In this document: positions 12,330 through 25,040 of the stretch, in pieces
Numbering within the stretch: position 1 is the stretch's first letter
How the letters are laid out: every line of letters begins with the position of its first letter
The notes under the pieces: model-generated
Database searches by the model: none
The model's input: the letters and a program-made list of their open reading frames with translations, nothing else
What the model was told of the DNA's origin: nothing
Assembly (NCBI GenBank): GCA_004431415.1
Contig: QPMI01000106.1
Coordinates: forward strand, 248,001 to 312,000
Length of the DNA: 64,000 nucleotides
Origin: Cyanophora paradoxa CCMP329
Taxonomy: Eukaryota > Plantae > Glaucophyta
Reading direction: 5' to 3'
Translations under genes and position numbers: made by a program

Positions 12330-13130
12330 GAGCTACGATTCTTGGCGCCGCGCTAGAAGCATCTGGAATGCCGCCACCGAACGACGCTCGAGCAATCTAT
12401 TCCGACGCTGATCGAACCAGAGAACTGGCGCTCGAGCGTCGATATGCTTCCTGCGACGGGGTACAGGAGCTGACTGCAACTCGTGCAGGCGGCCGAGCAG
12501 GCGACCAGCGGGGTCAAAGAACGAGCCGAGCGCACCTCTCCGCCATTCTCGCAGGCTCAGCGAGCGTGGGCGCCGTTGGAAGATCGTTCTGCAAGCCAGC
12601 AAGTTCGACGCCAGCAAGCTTAAGAGAGCGGTTCGCCCGCAAGAATCGCCTCATTCTTAGGCCTTAGCGCGCTTTATGACCGCTTCAACGCGCAGGCCGT
12701 CTGCTCGCAAGCCCTCACGCACGTATATACGTATACGCGCGCCTCGCGTTTGGCGTGAAATCGGCCAAGGAACGGAGCGTACGTGCACACGAAGCGCTTC
12801 ACGGGTTTGTTTTAAAGCCTTTTCTGACCGCGTGCTTCCCGCAGTCGACGTCCGTCTGCTGGTCTCGCTGGGCCTCGAGCTCGTCAACGGATCGCGGCCG
12901 TGGCCGTGGCCGTGGCCCGTGTGCGTGCTCGCGCGCATCTCTCGCTTCAAGAGCACTGTTCTCCCGCCCTGACCGCTTGCTCAGTCCTCCTTCGATCGCG
13001 AAGTACTAATTCGATCCAACTGCGCATGCGCATGCGCAGGCCTAGGTCTGCCGGTGCAGCTGCAGCTGATCATGACGTGCATGTGCACGTGATGTCTCGA
13101 CGTCGCTGACGACCGGTGCGATCGCGACAA
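12330..13130 (-). pseudogene. Degenerate homologue of the 5' part of gene U (39700-40550 and 52625-53480)
   Basis: Shared blocks gagcgtggg(c/g)gccgt..ga..g..c..tctgcaagcc, gtctgctggtctcgc, cgtcaacgga, gtgtgcgtgctc, cgctgacgaccggtgcg; peptide GALGSFFDPAGRL versus DALGPLCDLAGRL. Confidence 0.6.
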
Positions 13131-13295
13131 GCTTAAGCGGGGCTTTCTGGCGCATCCTATAGCTAGGCCTGCAGCTGCTTAAGCTTCTTAAGCTTACGCC
13201 GGCGAGCACAGGGCCTTCAGTCGAAATTTTAAACTCGAGCCGCGATCGCGTGGACATGCTTAGCAGCCGCGCGCGGGGAATTTCGAACGGGAGAG

Positions 13296-16221
13296 ATGAA
13301 CCACTTTGCGCGGCTGCCAGACGAGCTCGTGCAGCGGATTTTCAGCGAACTCGAGGCGTGCGAAGCCTTCGAGAAGAGCCAGCTGCGCTCGGTCGATCGG
13401 CGCTTTCGGCGGCTCGTCCCGGACGTGCACTTTAAGGAGTTGAAGCTGCAGCCCGATGTTGAGTGCTTCGGCAGCGACTTCGAAGATCTGGAGGTCGTTG
13501 ATGCGCTGGAAGATTACAAAGCGCTTCTAGATCGGTTTGCAGCCCGCGTTCGCAGCAAGGAGCTGGCCGGTTCTCAGCGTCTCGTCGTCAGCTCAGCATA
13601 CAGTGTCTGGAAGTCTACGGCTCAGGTCGTGAACGCTGTCTTGGGTGTCTTCGGTGCCATTACGCGTGCGCTCTAGATTTTCACTTCTTTTCGAAGTTTG
13701 TGGTTAATTGTAAATTAAATAATTAGCTGATCAAGATGCCGCTCCCTGTTTGCAGAGCTTCTGGGGGAGCTATCGAAGGCGTCTCCGGCGCTGCAGTGCA
13801 TCAGCTTCGCTGGAGTTCGAGTCTCTCTCTCTCGTAGCTGGCCCAGCGTCGCGGAGCAACGCGCGCTGGGGATCGTCGCGCCGAGGACTCTGCAGGACGT
13901 TGCTCGCTCAGTCCTGGCAGCGCTTCCTTCATCGTCCATTTCGTCATTGCACGCGTACGTGAACGATTATGCCGTCTTCAGCGCATTACTCGCTGCAGCT
14001 GTGCCGGGCAGCCTCCCGCATCTGCGCGAGCTGGCGCTTGGAGACGACCGCCACGCGGGCTTCTGTCTATGTGCAAATGAGACGGTATGCCTAGCTATCG
14101 GCTATGCTCCTACGCCTGTTGCCTAATTTTTGACTTCATGATCATTGCTCCTACGCCTGTTGCCTAATTGTTGCCTGTCATTCTCGATCTGATCATGACT
14201 TGAATCCTCCCCCGCAGGCGAAGCTTGCTGAGATCTGGCCGCTCTCGAAGAAGATTCGCTGCGCTGTGCGGGACGGCTCTGCACTGCGGGAGCTGTCGGT
14301 GCTTCCACTGGAGGACATGCGCGTCGCCGTTCGCTCGACGGATGGCCTGGAAGAAGCGCTCGAGAGCCTGCAGCACAAGGCGGACAGCGTCCGAGAGCTG
14401 CGCCTTCCACTCGGTCGCCATGATGATCAGCCGATCCCCCGCGCCCTCACCTCGAGCTCTATCCTCCGTTTCCGCAACCTCGAGGAGCTAGTAGTGACGG
14501 AATGCCTCGGCCTTTTCGCATCGCGCGTTTAGTTTCTTTAATTTGACTCCCGGCCGACATGTACAGGCCGACCACGCATCGGGCGACCTGATTAGGGGCC
14601 TTGGCGCCCTAGAGAAGCTCCACAATCTCGAACTGGACCTCGATGTGCGTCTTCGAAATTCTCCGCCGCCCCTCGTGAGCACCACATCGCCGGCTGATAC
14701 CCTGGTCGCAGCTCTCCAAGGCTTCCGACGGCGGCGTGATGAACGCCCTTGCAGCGACGCTTGCGGCCGCCCGTTGGCGAGGCTCCTACGTATACCGCCT
14801 ATCTCTGTGTGTCAAGTTCCCAAGGAAGAGAGATTCCGGCTGGGATCCGACCCTGTCATCGCGATCAGACGCCGCCGGCTTGGCATCTTTCATACGTGCT
14901 GCCCGCCCAAGCCTCTCTGCGAATCCAGCCCTCTACGCGCCAGCATCCGGCTGGCACAACGTTTTCTGCGGCGAGAGCTTCAAATCTGGACCTCTTGTGC
15001 GCGTTTTGAGCTCCTGACCCAGCATGCGCAGCTGCCTACTAATCTAATGCTGCAGCTGCTGTCCCAGGTTCGCCTCTGGGCCTCTGGGCCTCTAGATCTG
15101 GCCCGGCATACGCATTTAATGTCCCGCCCGGTGCAGCGGACGGGCGTGGGTGCCGCTAGAACGTTAACCACCACAGCCGGCGTTTTGAGCTCGGCAAGCG
15201 CATCGGGGGTTTGCGCTGCATATGTCCCGCGCCCCTACCTAAATCCGCCCACTCCACGCACGCCCCTAACCGACCATATTGCAATTGCAGGGTGCCAGCG
15301 CCACCCAAGGCCCGGTCGCCCCGCAGACGCGCCGGCGAAGGCGCCGCGGCCGGCAAGCCCCGCCTAACGCCCCAGGCCCTTCCCCCGCCCCATCCGAGCT
15401 CAAGGTGCAAGACCCGCCCTTTCAGCTTGCAAACCCCGGCTGAATTCGAAGGCGCCTCGCAGGCCGGCGCCGCAGGTCCGATCGCAAGCGGGTCGTCGGG
15501 GCCCGCGGCCGGCCGCGACCCGCCCCCGGCCGATAGCGAGGAGCAACGGGCGCGCTTCGCTGCGCTGGAGGCGGAGCGGGACGCGCTGCGGGAGGTGCGC
15601 GGCCCGCGTCTCGCTGGCTTAAAAAAAATCTAAAAAGCTTTCGTGCCGGCGCCGGCGCCTCACGCCCGTTTGCAGGCGCTCTGTCGCGCGGCGGCCGTCG
15701 TGGGCCGCTCTGTGATCGACGCGAGCGGGGCCAGGGCCGCGAAGGATGCGGCAGAGAGGTCCGCGGCTCGGATCCGCAAGGAGCTCGAGGTCCGACCGCC
15801 CGACCTATAGCTAGGCCTCCCCGCCTCGCGATCGCGCCGCGCCGCGCCTCACCGCGCCCCTCAGGCGTCGCGGGCGGAGGCCGCGCGCCTGCGTGCCCGC
15901 GTCGCCGAGCTCGAGGCGGCCAGCGCGGAGCAGGAGGCCGACCTGGCCGCCCTCGCGGCCGCCGCCTCAGACGCGGCCGCGAAGGCCGCGAAGAAGCGCA
16001 AGCGCGACGAGCCTGCGTCGGCCAGCAGCGGCTCTGCGGCGCAGCCGGCCGCGGGCGCGGCGGGGGCGGCAGCGTCCGCGGCGGGCGGGCCGCGCGCCGC
16101 CGGAGGCCAGGAGAACGCTGACGCCGGCGGCGGGCGGGCTCCGGCCCCCGCTTCCGCCGGCGGCGGCAAGGCGGGGCGCCCGCGATCGGCCCCGAAGCCC
16201 CTCGCCACTCGCAACGAGTAG
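13296..16221 (+). CDS. F-box protein with LRR-like middle and coiled-coil/low-complexity tail (multi-exon)
   Basis: N-terminal FARLPDELVQRIFSEL...LRSVDRRFRRLV (F-box), LxxLxL repeats (LPHLRELAL, FRNLEELVV, LEKLHNLEL), basic KKRKR near the end, TAG at 16219-16221. Confidence 0.75.
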
Positions 16222-17206
16222 CGCCAGCGTCCCCACGTGCACCGGCCCGCGCGACTTTGATTCCCGACCCCAGCTGTTAGTTCTCTAGTACTAGTTCTCG
16301 CGATCGGCCCCCGGAAACGTCGACATTGATTTTCAAGTTTCGCGGGACGTCCGACGGTCTAGTCTTTCGCAGCCTTTTTCGTGCTCGTGCTTGCAAATAT
16401 CATGGCAATCGATTATTCATTTGCGCGTGCAAGACCAATTTGCAATCGCTACGTATGTATATATATACGTTTGATATGCAGTCCCGCCCAGAACCTTGCA
16501 TCAGTTTCATCAGTCAGAACCAGTCAGTCAGAACCTTTTATCAGTTTCGCTGCGCATGCTAGCTGTAGTTTTTGCGGCTTTTCGATTCATGATCTAGTAA
16601 GATCCAGTTTGCGTGAACCTTAATGCGAAACTAGCTATATAGCTAGCGCTAGATATAGTCTCGCCGCGGCACAGCGCGCAGAATTCGAACCAATGTGAAC
16701 CAATTTCCAGAACCATACTGGCAGTCAATATAATGCTGATCATGACGTCGATCCTCGCGATGGCCTCGACTCCATCGAGGCCTTGCCAATTGCAATTAAA
16801 TTTTGCACTCATTGAATTGCAAGTTGGCCATCATGATCATGGCCTACTATATAGCTAGGCAGCGCCCTCGATCGTCTGCGGCCGGCGGTATACGTACCGG
16901 TATACCGTACGATCGATACCGTACGGTATACCGTACGTATATCGATCGCGCCCGGCCCGCGGCCGGCGGCCGGCGCCGGCGTTTCCCGAGTTCTAGAGCC
17001 CTTGGCATCTGCCGCTTCCTTTCACCCCGCTCCCGCCATCGCGATACGTATACGAATACAACTCGAATACGAGCGCACGCGATACCCAGTAGGTGCATGC
17101 AGCCGCCCGCCGCCGTCGCGATACGCATATTTAGACATCGTACAGAACACAGCATCGGACGGCATGCCCCGCGGACCCGCGGCGCGCCCCGAGCGGCCCT
17201 GCCCCG

Positions 17207-20200
17207 TCAGCCCTTGAGCTTCTGGAGGTAGTTGATGACGCTCGTGGCGCGCATGATGTCGTTGAACGTGTCGGCGACCTTCTCCTGCGCCGTCCGCTCC
17301 GGGATCGAGATCGCCACCGAGTCGTCCGGCGGCTGGTACTTGTACCTGCGCGCCCGGATTCGAACGGCGCAAGCTTTAGACGTAGACGCGGTTCGCCGCG
17401 GCGCACCCGGGGTCGGTGAGGGGCAGGCGCTTCGGAATGCCCTCGTTCTTCTGCCCGCCGAAGCCCAGCTGCCCGCTCGAGCCGTTGCCCCACCCGTACA
17501 GCTGGCCCCCGTCTGCGGCCCGCGCCCCGCCCCTCAGCCGCCGCGCAGCGCGCGCCCGACCGGCAGCGCCGCCGCGGCCGCACCGGAGACGAGCATCGAG
17601 TGGCCGCCGCCGGAGCTGACGGCCGCCGCCGCCACGTCCTTCAGCGTCGTGAGGCGCGTCGGCTTGTACAGGTTCTGCGTCTTCCCGTTCCCCAGCCCCC
17701 TGCGGCGCCGGCGCGCCTCAGGAGAGGAAGGAGCGGGGTCGCAGAGCGGGGCGGGGCCCCACCCGAAGACGCCGCTGCCCCAGACGTAGGACGTGCCGCC
17801 GTCTGCGCGGCGTGAGGCGGGGCGGGGCGGCCCGGGCTCGGGGTGCGGGGCGCGGGGCCGGGGCGGACCGGAGAGGGCCATGCATATGTAGTGGCCGGCG
17901 GCGACGGAGCTGACGTGGACCTTGGCGAGGGCCTCCACGCGGCGCGGGGCCGTCGCCGCCTCCGCCGCCTCGCTCGAGCCGCCCTTGCCGTGGCCCAGCT
18001 GCCCGGGGGCCCCCACCCCCCACGTGAAGACCTCCCCCTGGTCTGCGCAGCACTCAGAAGACGAAGAAGAAGGGAGAGCAGGCGCGGGCACCGGAGGCGG
18101 CGACGAAGCAGCGGGAGCCGCAGGCGAGGGAGGCGGCGCGGGCGCCGCCGGGGAGCTCGACGCGGGCGAGCTGGACGCGCTCGGTGGCGGCGGCGAGCTG
18201 GATGCCGGCCTGGCTGCCCCGCCGGCTCCGCGAGAGCGTCGCCTTGATCGCTTTCAACGCCGCCGACGTCACGTTCGACCCGCGCCGCGGCAGCGCGTCC
18301 TTGCCCGAGGGGCTCCCCGGCGCCGCCAGCGCCCGCGGCGTCGGGCTCGCCGCCGCCGCCGCGAACGCCGCCAGCGCCGCCGCCGACGCCGCCGGCTTCG
18401 CAGCCGCCCACGACTCCTGTGGAGGCGTCAGACGCGCGGGAGGGAAGGGATGGGGGGAGGAAGGGAGGGGGGTACCAGCTCCTCCTCGCGGAAGGCGACG
18501 CGGCTGCTCCAGATCCAGACTTGGCCGTCGGCCGTCAGCACGGCGATCGAGGCGGCGCCGCAGGAGACGTGCGTCGGCCGCGGCGGGCTCGCCTCCACCG
18601 GCGCCGGCTCCATCTGCGTCGCCCCGCCCTCCACGCGGCCCCACGCCCACACCTCCCCGTCCGCTGCCGCACGTCAAGAGAAAGAGAATGAGAAGAAGAC
18701 AAGGGGGCGCACCCGTGATGGCGGCGGTGTGGGCGGAGCCGAGGGCGACGGCGGTGACGCGCTTCTCGGAGATGGGGCCCCGCTCGAGGGGCACGGGGAC
18801 CTCGACGTCCTCGCAGTGGCCGAGGCCCAGGCAGCCGTACAGGTTGGAGCCCCAGACGAAGAGGCGGCCGGCCTCCGTCAGCGCCGCCGCGTGCTGCCCG
18901 CCGGCCGCCACCCGCACCACGCGCTGCTCCCAGAGCGACCGCAGCGGCTGCGGCTCCAGCCGCAGCTCCCGCACCCCCGTACCCAGGCCCAGCTGCGGGG
19001 CGCGGTCTCAGGGCGCGGACGGACGCGCGTGGTGCCGGGGGCCGGGGGCGCCGCACCGCGCCGAACTCGCCGTTGCCCCAGGACCAGACCTCGCCCGTGT
19101 CCGTGAGGGCCAGCGTGAACGCCAGGCCGCAGGCCACAGAGACGACCCGCTTGTGCGCCCGCGCCGCCGTCGGCCTGTCCGGCGATAAGGAGGCGGAGGG
19201 GAGAAGGAAGGGGGTAGAGGGAGGGAAGGCGGACCAGTACCCCGCGACGGGGACGAGGGGGGACGAGACGAGGCCCAGCTGGCCCTGGGCGCCCAGGCCG
19301 AACGAGTAGAGCCTACCCGTCACTGAGAAAAGGGGGGGAGGGGGGTGAGCCGGGGTACAGGAGAAGAAGCGGCCGGGGGTACCGGTGGCGGCGAAGGAGT
19401 GGGAGCCGCCGGCGGTGACGAAGACGACGCCCTTGCCGCTCAGGCGCTCCACTCTCCTCGGCTCGTACGCCACCTGCGGGGGGTACGCTCGACAAAGCGG
19501 AAGGGGGGGGGGAAAGAACGAAAGAGGGGGTAGCGCACCGTCCAGGAGCCGACGCCGAGCTCGCCGTGCTGGCCCCGCCCGAACGCGTACACGTGCCGAT
19601 CCGCTACCCCCCCGAGGCTCGGCGCCGGAGGGGAAAGAGGGGGGGGGAAGAGCGGAAGGGGGATACCGACGAGGACAAGGGTGTGGTAGGCCCCCGCGGC
19701 GACGGAGGTCACCTGCTTGCCCTCCAGGGCGCCCCCCACGGGCCGGGGTACAAGCTGGCTCGCCTCTGTACCCAGCCCCGTGGCCCCGTAGCTCCCCTGG
19801 CCCCACGTGTAGCACTTCCCCGCCACTGCGCCCCCGCCGCCCCGCGTCGGAACAGCACGCGCAAGGGGAACGGGGGCGCGGCGACCGGCGCCGGGGCTCA
19901 CCCGAGTGGGCGACGGTGTGCTGGGAGCCGCAGGCGATGCCGGCGATGTGTACCCCCGCGAGGGCCTCGACGCGGGCCGGCTCGTCCTTGTTTCCGGTGG
20001 TACCCAGGCCGAGCTGGCCGTACTCGCCGTTGCCCCAGGCCCACACCGAGCCGTCGTCTGGCCGGGGCCGGGCCTCAGGGTCGGCGGGGCGGCGGGGGGC
20101 GGGCGGGGGCGCACGGGCGAGGGCGACGGAGTGGGCGGAGCCGCAGGCGACGGCGCGGATGCCGACGTTGGCGGCGCCGTAGGGCATCGACACGGGCACC

Positions 20201-22086
20201 AGCTCGTGCGCGAACCGCTGCGCCGGCGGGCTCTGGGACCGGCGAAGAAGACGACGGATCAGCAGCGGGCGGGGCGGGGCGGGGCGGGGAGGGGATGAAG
20301 AAAGGGGCCGCGCACGGAGCCGACTCCGAGCTGCCCGCACGAGTGCTGCCCCGCCGCGTAGATCTGCGGGGTACGTGGGCGGGCAGCGGGGGCTCTTCGG
20401 GAAGGGTACAGCACCTTCCCGGAGCGCGTGAGGAAGAGGCTGTGGCGCTCGCCGAGGGCGGCGCCGGCGGCCGGCTCGGCGTCGGGCAGGGCGAGGCGCC
20501 TGGGCATGGGCTCCTCGCCGTGGCCCAGGAAGCCCAGCTGGCCGTACGCGTTGTGGCCCCAGACGAGGAGCTCGCCCACGTCGGTCACGGCCGCCGAGTG
20601 CTGCGCCCCGGCCGCCGCCACCCGCACCCGCCGCTTCTCGAGCTCGCCGCGGACGCGCTTGGGCGCGCCGTCGGTGGCGTACTCGCCGGCGCCGAGCTGG
20701 CCGTGCACATCCAGGCCGCAGGCGAAGAGCGCGCCCTCGTCGGTGACCAGCAGCGAGTGGAAGCGCCCGGCCGCCGCCGAGACGACGCGCGTGCCCTCCA
20801 GGAAGTCGACGGCGCAGGGCTTCGCCTGGTTCTCCCGGTCCTCGGTCGCCGAGTGCGCCGAGCCCGTCATTGAGTTCACGAAGTAGCCGCTCGCATCCTC
20901 GCCCCACGCCGCGCGGTAGGACTTGCGCCCGAAGGTCGACGGCGGAGGCAGGCGCTGCGGCCGCTCCATCGAGCGCCCCACGATGTAGCGCTGCGTGTGG
21001 TGCTCGATCGCCGCCGACACGGGCGGCGTTTTCGTCCGGGGCTTGACGCTCATGTACTGCAGCTCCCCGCTGCGGTGCGGCGGAGCCGGGGGCGGGCTTT
21101 AGAAAGGTCGCGGGCGGGCGCGCCGGGCGGGCGCCGGAGCGGGCGGACCTCGCGGAGAGGGGCCGGCGGCTCTCGACCCAGCGCTTCACGTCGCCGCGGA
21201 GCCCGTCGAGGCTCGCCGCGGGGGACCGATCCTCCCGTTGCGCTGCGCGGCCGGCGCGTCGGGCCGGGCGCACGCGGCGCGGCGCGGCGGAGGCGGAGGC
21301 GGAGGAGGGGCGCACCGCTTCGCGTGCGCGCCTCTTCGCGCGCCGCCTCAGACTCCGTCGGCACGTACGGGATCACGGGGTACGACCCGTCGAGTACCGC
21401 ACGCGCTCGCCCCGCGCCGACCCGGGCCGCTTGGCCCGCCTGGCCCCGCCGCGCTTCGGAGAGGTTGGGCTCCGCGATCCGGGGCGCCCGGGCGACGTCC
21501 GCGTCGCGTCCCGGGCGGGGCCGCCATCCGCCGCGCCCGCGTCGCCCGGCGCCGGACTCTCCTTCCCGCGCGCGGCTCGGCTGGAGGTCGGGGGCGGCCG
21601 GCTGAAGTCCAGCTTCAGCTTGGGCTCCGCTTTGGGCGGCGGAGGGGCCTGGGGCCGGGCGGCTGCGGTGCTGGAGGGGCTGACGTGGGCGGGGGCGGAC
21701 GCTGCGGCGGAGGCGGATCCTGCGGTTGCTGATGCGGGCGAGGAGGGAGTGGAGGGGAAAGAGATCGGGCGGGATGCTGTGACGGATGAGGGGGGCGTCG
21801 ACGCTGCGCTTGGGCTGGGCTCCGCAACGACAGTGGGGGCGGGCGGGCTGGGCGGCGGCCTGAGCGCCGGCTTGAGCGCCGGCTTCAAAGGCGCGCGCCC
21901 CTGAGGCGTCACCGGCCGCTCCGGCTCCTGCACCGTGGCCGGAGCGGGCGCTGGGGCGTCCGGGGTGCCGGCAGCTGGGCCTGTGCCCGTCGGACTTCGG
22001 GAAGGCCCAGCGCTCGTGGGGCGCGGGGGCAGCCCGGACGACGAAGACCTCGGAGAGATCATCGGCGCTGGGCTTTGCGCCGACAT
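17207..22086 (-). CDS. RCC1-repeat (RLD beta-propeller) protein with Pro/Ser-rich N-terminus; many short introns
   Basis: Many RCC1 blades: AAGRFHSLLVTDEGALFACGLDVHGQLG, AAGAQHSAAVTDVGELLVWGHNAYGQLG, ACGSAHSVAL..DGSVWAWGNGEYGQLG, AAGGQHAAALTEAGRLFVWGSNLYGCLG, GEVFTWGVGAPGQLG. ATG 22086, TGA 17209-17207. Confidence 0.9.
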
Positions 22087-22322
22087 CTCAACCGGCTTGC
22101 GGCCAACCGCGCCGGCGGCGGAGCTAGAACCAACTCTGACAACTCAAGGGCTAGGATATCGTCGACACGAGCGTTGCTCCCGCTCAAGCGCTGTTGCGCT
22201 ACTTGCGTATTCCCTCTAGCTATCGTTATCCGAGGTTGCGGTGCCGTTCGAACCAAGAGTCACGTACCCGGGTCCCGGCGGCGCAAAGTTCTCGCAGCTT
22301 TCAGCGGCCGCAGCAGAGGTTC
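22087..22322. promoter_or_regulatory. Probable bidirectional promoter
   Basis: Only 236 bp separate the divergent start codons of the RCC1-repeat gene and CAP. Confidence 0.55.
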
Positions 22323-24421
22323 ATGGCCACGGACGGACAATCGGAGACAGCGCTCCCTAGCCTGCTCAACCGGCTCGACGCCGTCACGCACAGGCTGGAA
22401 AAGGTTGTCGGCGTGTCTGGTTCGTCGCCCTCTGCGTGCCTTCCCGCGCCTCAATGGGCGCCGACGTACGGTCGACACAGCTGGTCCGGCCGGAATGGGC
22501 GAGGCGCGCGACTCCGAGATTGTGCTGCAGTATGAGTCCATGCTCAAGGAGGTGCTCGAGCCGTGGGTCAGCATCAGCGAGACCGTCGGCGGCGAGGTTG
22601 CGGAGCAGGCGCGCCCGCCCCACACGACCGTTGCTCCCACCGTCCCGCCGCTGAGCGCCGCCGCGCCCTCAGGCGAAGCAAGTGAAGCAGGCGTTCCAGA
22701 ACCAGCGCGACATGCTTGCGGTCGTCGCCTCGTGCAAGAAGCCGACGCAGCAGGGCGCCGTGGAGAAGCTCATTGAGCCGACCTCGCACACCCTGGCCGC
22801 CGTTGCGAACATAAAGGACAAGGCCCGCAACAGCCGCCTCTGGAACCACCTATCCGCTGTCAACGAGGGCATCCAGGCGCTCGGCTGGATCTGCGTCGTG
22901 CGCCCCTCCTTTTCTTCTTCCTTTCTTCCTCTCTGTGCTCAGCGGGCCGGCAGGACCGGAGCCCCGTCGCATTCATCGCAGAGGTCTCGCAGGCGTCCGA
23001 GTTCTACTTGAACAAGGTCCTCCTGGAGTTCAAGCTGACGTGCGCTGCGCCGCCCCGCCCTCGCGCCCCGCGCTCATCGCCTGAACCGCCGCTGCGCAGG
23101 GACCCGCTCTCCGTCTCCTGGGTGCAGGCATTCCGTGAGCTTCTGAATGGACTCCGCATCTACGTACAGGTGCCGTGCCGCCGCCCGCCCGCCCGTCTCC
23201 CGCGCGCTCACCGTGCCGCCCGCGGCCCGGCAGACCTACCACCCCGTTGCCCTGACCTGGAACGCTATCGTGCGCACGCTTCCTGCCGTGCTGTCCACGT
23301 GCGCCGCCGACCCGCCCGCCTCCCGCGCAGGGCGGCGACGTGTCTAAGTACATTGGTCTGCCGCGCCGCCCGCCGCCGCTTCGGCCGCAGCCGCCGCCGC
23401 CGCTGACGCCGGCGCGGCAGGCGGCCCGGCGGCGGTCACCTCTCCTCAGAAGACGCTCGCGGCGCGGCCGTCGGGCGCCATGACGGACGGCTCGGCGGAC
23501 CCGCGCGCCTCCCTCTTCGCTCAGATCTCGGGCGCCGGCCCCAGTGCGTCCGCCCCGCCGGCCGCGTTCGTTCCTCGCAGCGTGCCGACCATCCGCCCTC
23601 CCACGCAGACCTGCGGCACGTCGACCGGAAGAACCCGCCGCCGCCGCCGCCGGTGCCGGGCAGCTTCAACGCGCCCCCGCCCGGCAGCTTCGGCGCGCCC
23701 CCGCCGCCGGCCGCGGCCCCGGCCGGCCCGCAGTCCTTCATCGGCCGGCCGCGGGGCCCGCCGCGCATGGAGCTGCAGGGGAACAAGTGGGTGATCGAGA
23801 ACCAGCAGGGCGGCCAGTTCACGGTCGGCGAGACGCAGCTGCGGCAGGCCGTCTACATCGCCAACTGCTCTGGCATCTCCGTCACCATCGTGGGCAAGGT
23901 CACCAACGTCTCGATGGAGGAGTGCAAGAACTGCGGCGTCGTGTTCGACTCCCTGGTCGGCCTTCTCGTTTTCGATGCCGGCGTACCCCCGGATTCGACT
24001 CCCTGACGTACCCCGCGCAGGTGTCGTCGTGCGAGCTCACGAACTGCCAGGGCTGCAAGATCCAGGCCACCGGCAAGCTCCCCACCCTCTCCGTCCAGAA
24101 GAGCGACGGCACCCAGGTGCTCCCCCCCCCCTTCCGCCCGCTGTACCCCCCTGACCCTGCGCCAGGCGTACCTCTCGCGGGCGTGCCTGGACGAGCCCAG
24201 CATCGAGATCCTCACCTCGAAGATCTCCGAGTTCAACGTCCTCATCCCCAACCCCGCCGACCCCGAAGACTTCGTGCGGGCCCCGTACCCCCCCCCCCCG
24301 ACCTTCCCGCCGTTCTGACCGCGTACCCCCCTGCCCGCAGAACGAGCTGCCGATGCCGGAGCAGTACCGCACCACCATCCGCAACGGGCGCCTCTTCACG
24401 GAGGCCGTCCGCTACGGCTGA
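22323..24421 (+). CDS. CAP1: Adenylyl cyclase-associated protein (CAP/Srv2), multi-exon
   Basis: N-terminal LLNRLDAVTHRLE motif; HFD NHLSAVNEGIQALGW, SEFYLNKVLLEFK, YHPVALTWN; WH2-like ASLFAQI...LRHV; poly-Pro; CARP domain GNKWVIEN...VYIANC..GKVTNVSMEECKNCGVVFDSL...EILTSKISEFNV...ELPMPEQY. Confidence 0.95.
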
Positions 24422-25040
24422 GCTGTACCCCGCATCTCCCCTTCGCTTTTGAGTGCACATGAACAGCCTTTTTGCATGCTGGGGTGGGATCATTGCGCAT
24501 GCAGTGGGGAAGAGGGGCCACTCGCCTGCGCAGGCTGCGCACGACCGTCGAACCTTTTTGAAGGGCCGGAAGAAGCTTAGAAAAATGATTATTCGAAATT
24601 CTTGGGCACAAGTGAACTGCGCGCATGCGGCACTGCAGATGCGGCGCGGCGCCGGCCGCCGTCGACGTCGCGCCCCCTATATATATAAAATTACCCGCGG
24701 CCTCATCTTGACTCGGCGATCTCCCCCCCTCGCGCTAGCTATATATAGCTCCCATATATATATGCATATGCATGCGCATGCACTCCCACCTCCCCGCGGC
24801 CCCTAGATCGAGCTCGAGCTCGGCCAATTAATGCAATCGATATCCCACCGGTACCTCCTCTCCCGTAATTCCCCTGTCCCTCCTTCGAATTTCCTCCGAT
24901 CGATATCGCGATCGCGAGTATACAGCTGACGTCGACCGCGCATCGATATCGGAAAGCTCGAGCACTGCGCAGCGAGCTCGTGGCAGCGAATTTTCGAATT
25001 CGAAGTGTCGCGGCGAGAAGATAGAGCAGCCGATCGCGAG

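Noticed and set aside
13120-13250. Synthetic polylinker or vector contamination suggested by dense restriction sites
   Set aside because: The sites are spread across the window, sit inside paralogous genes as X-X'-X indels, and no vector genes are present.
17500-21800. Numerous long Arg/Gly/Pro/Ala-rich ORFs on both strands (also 35-44 kb and 53-63 kb)
   Set aside because: Shadow ORFs from high GC and unspliced introns; real exons are short and change frame.
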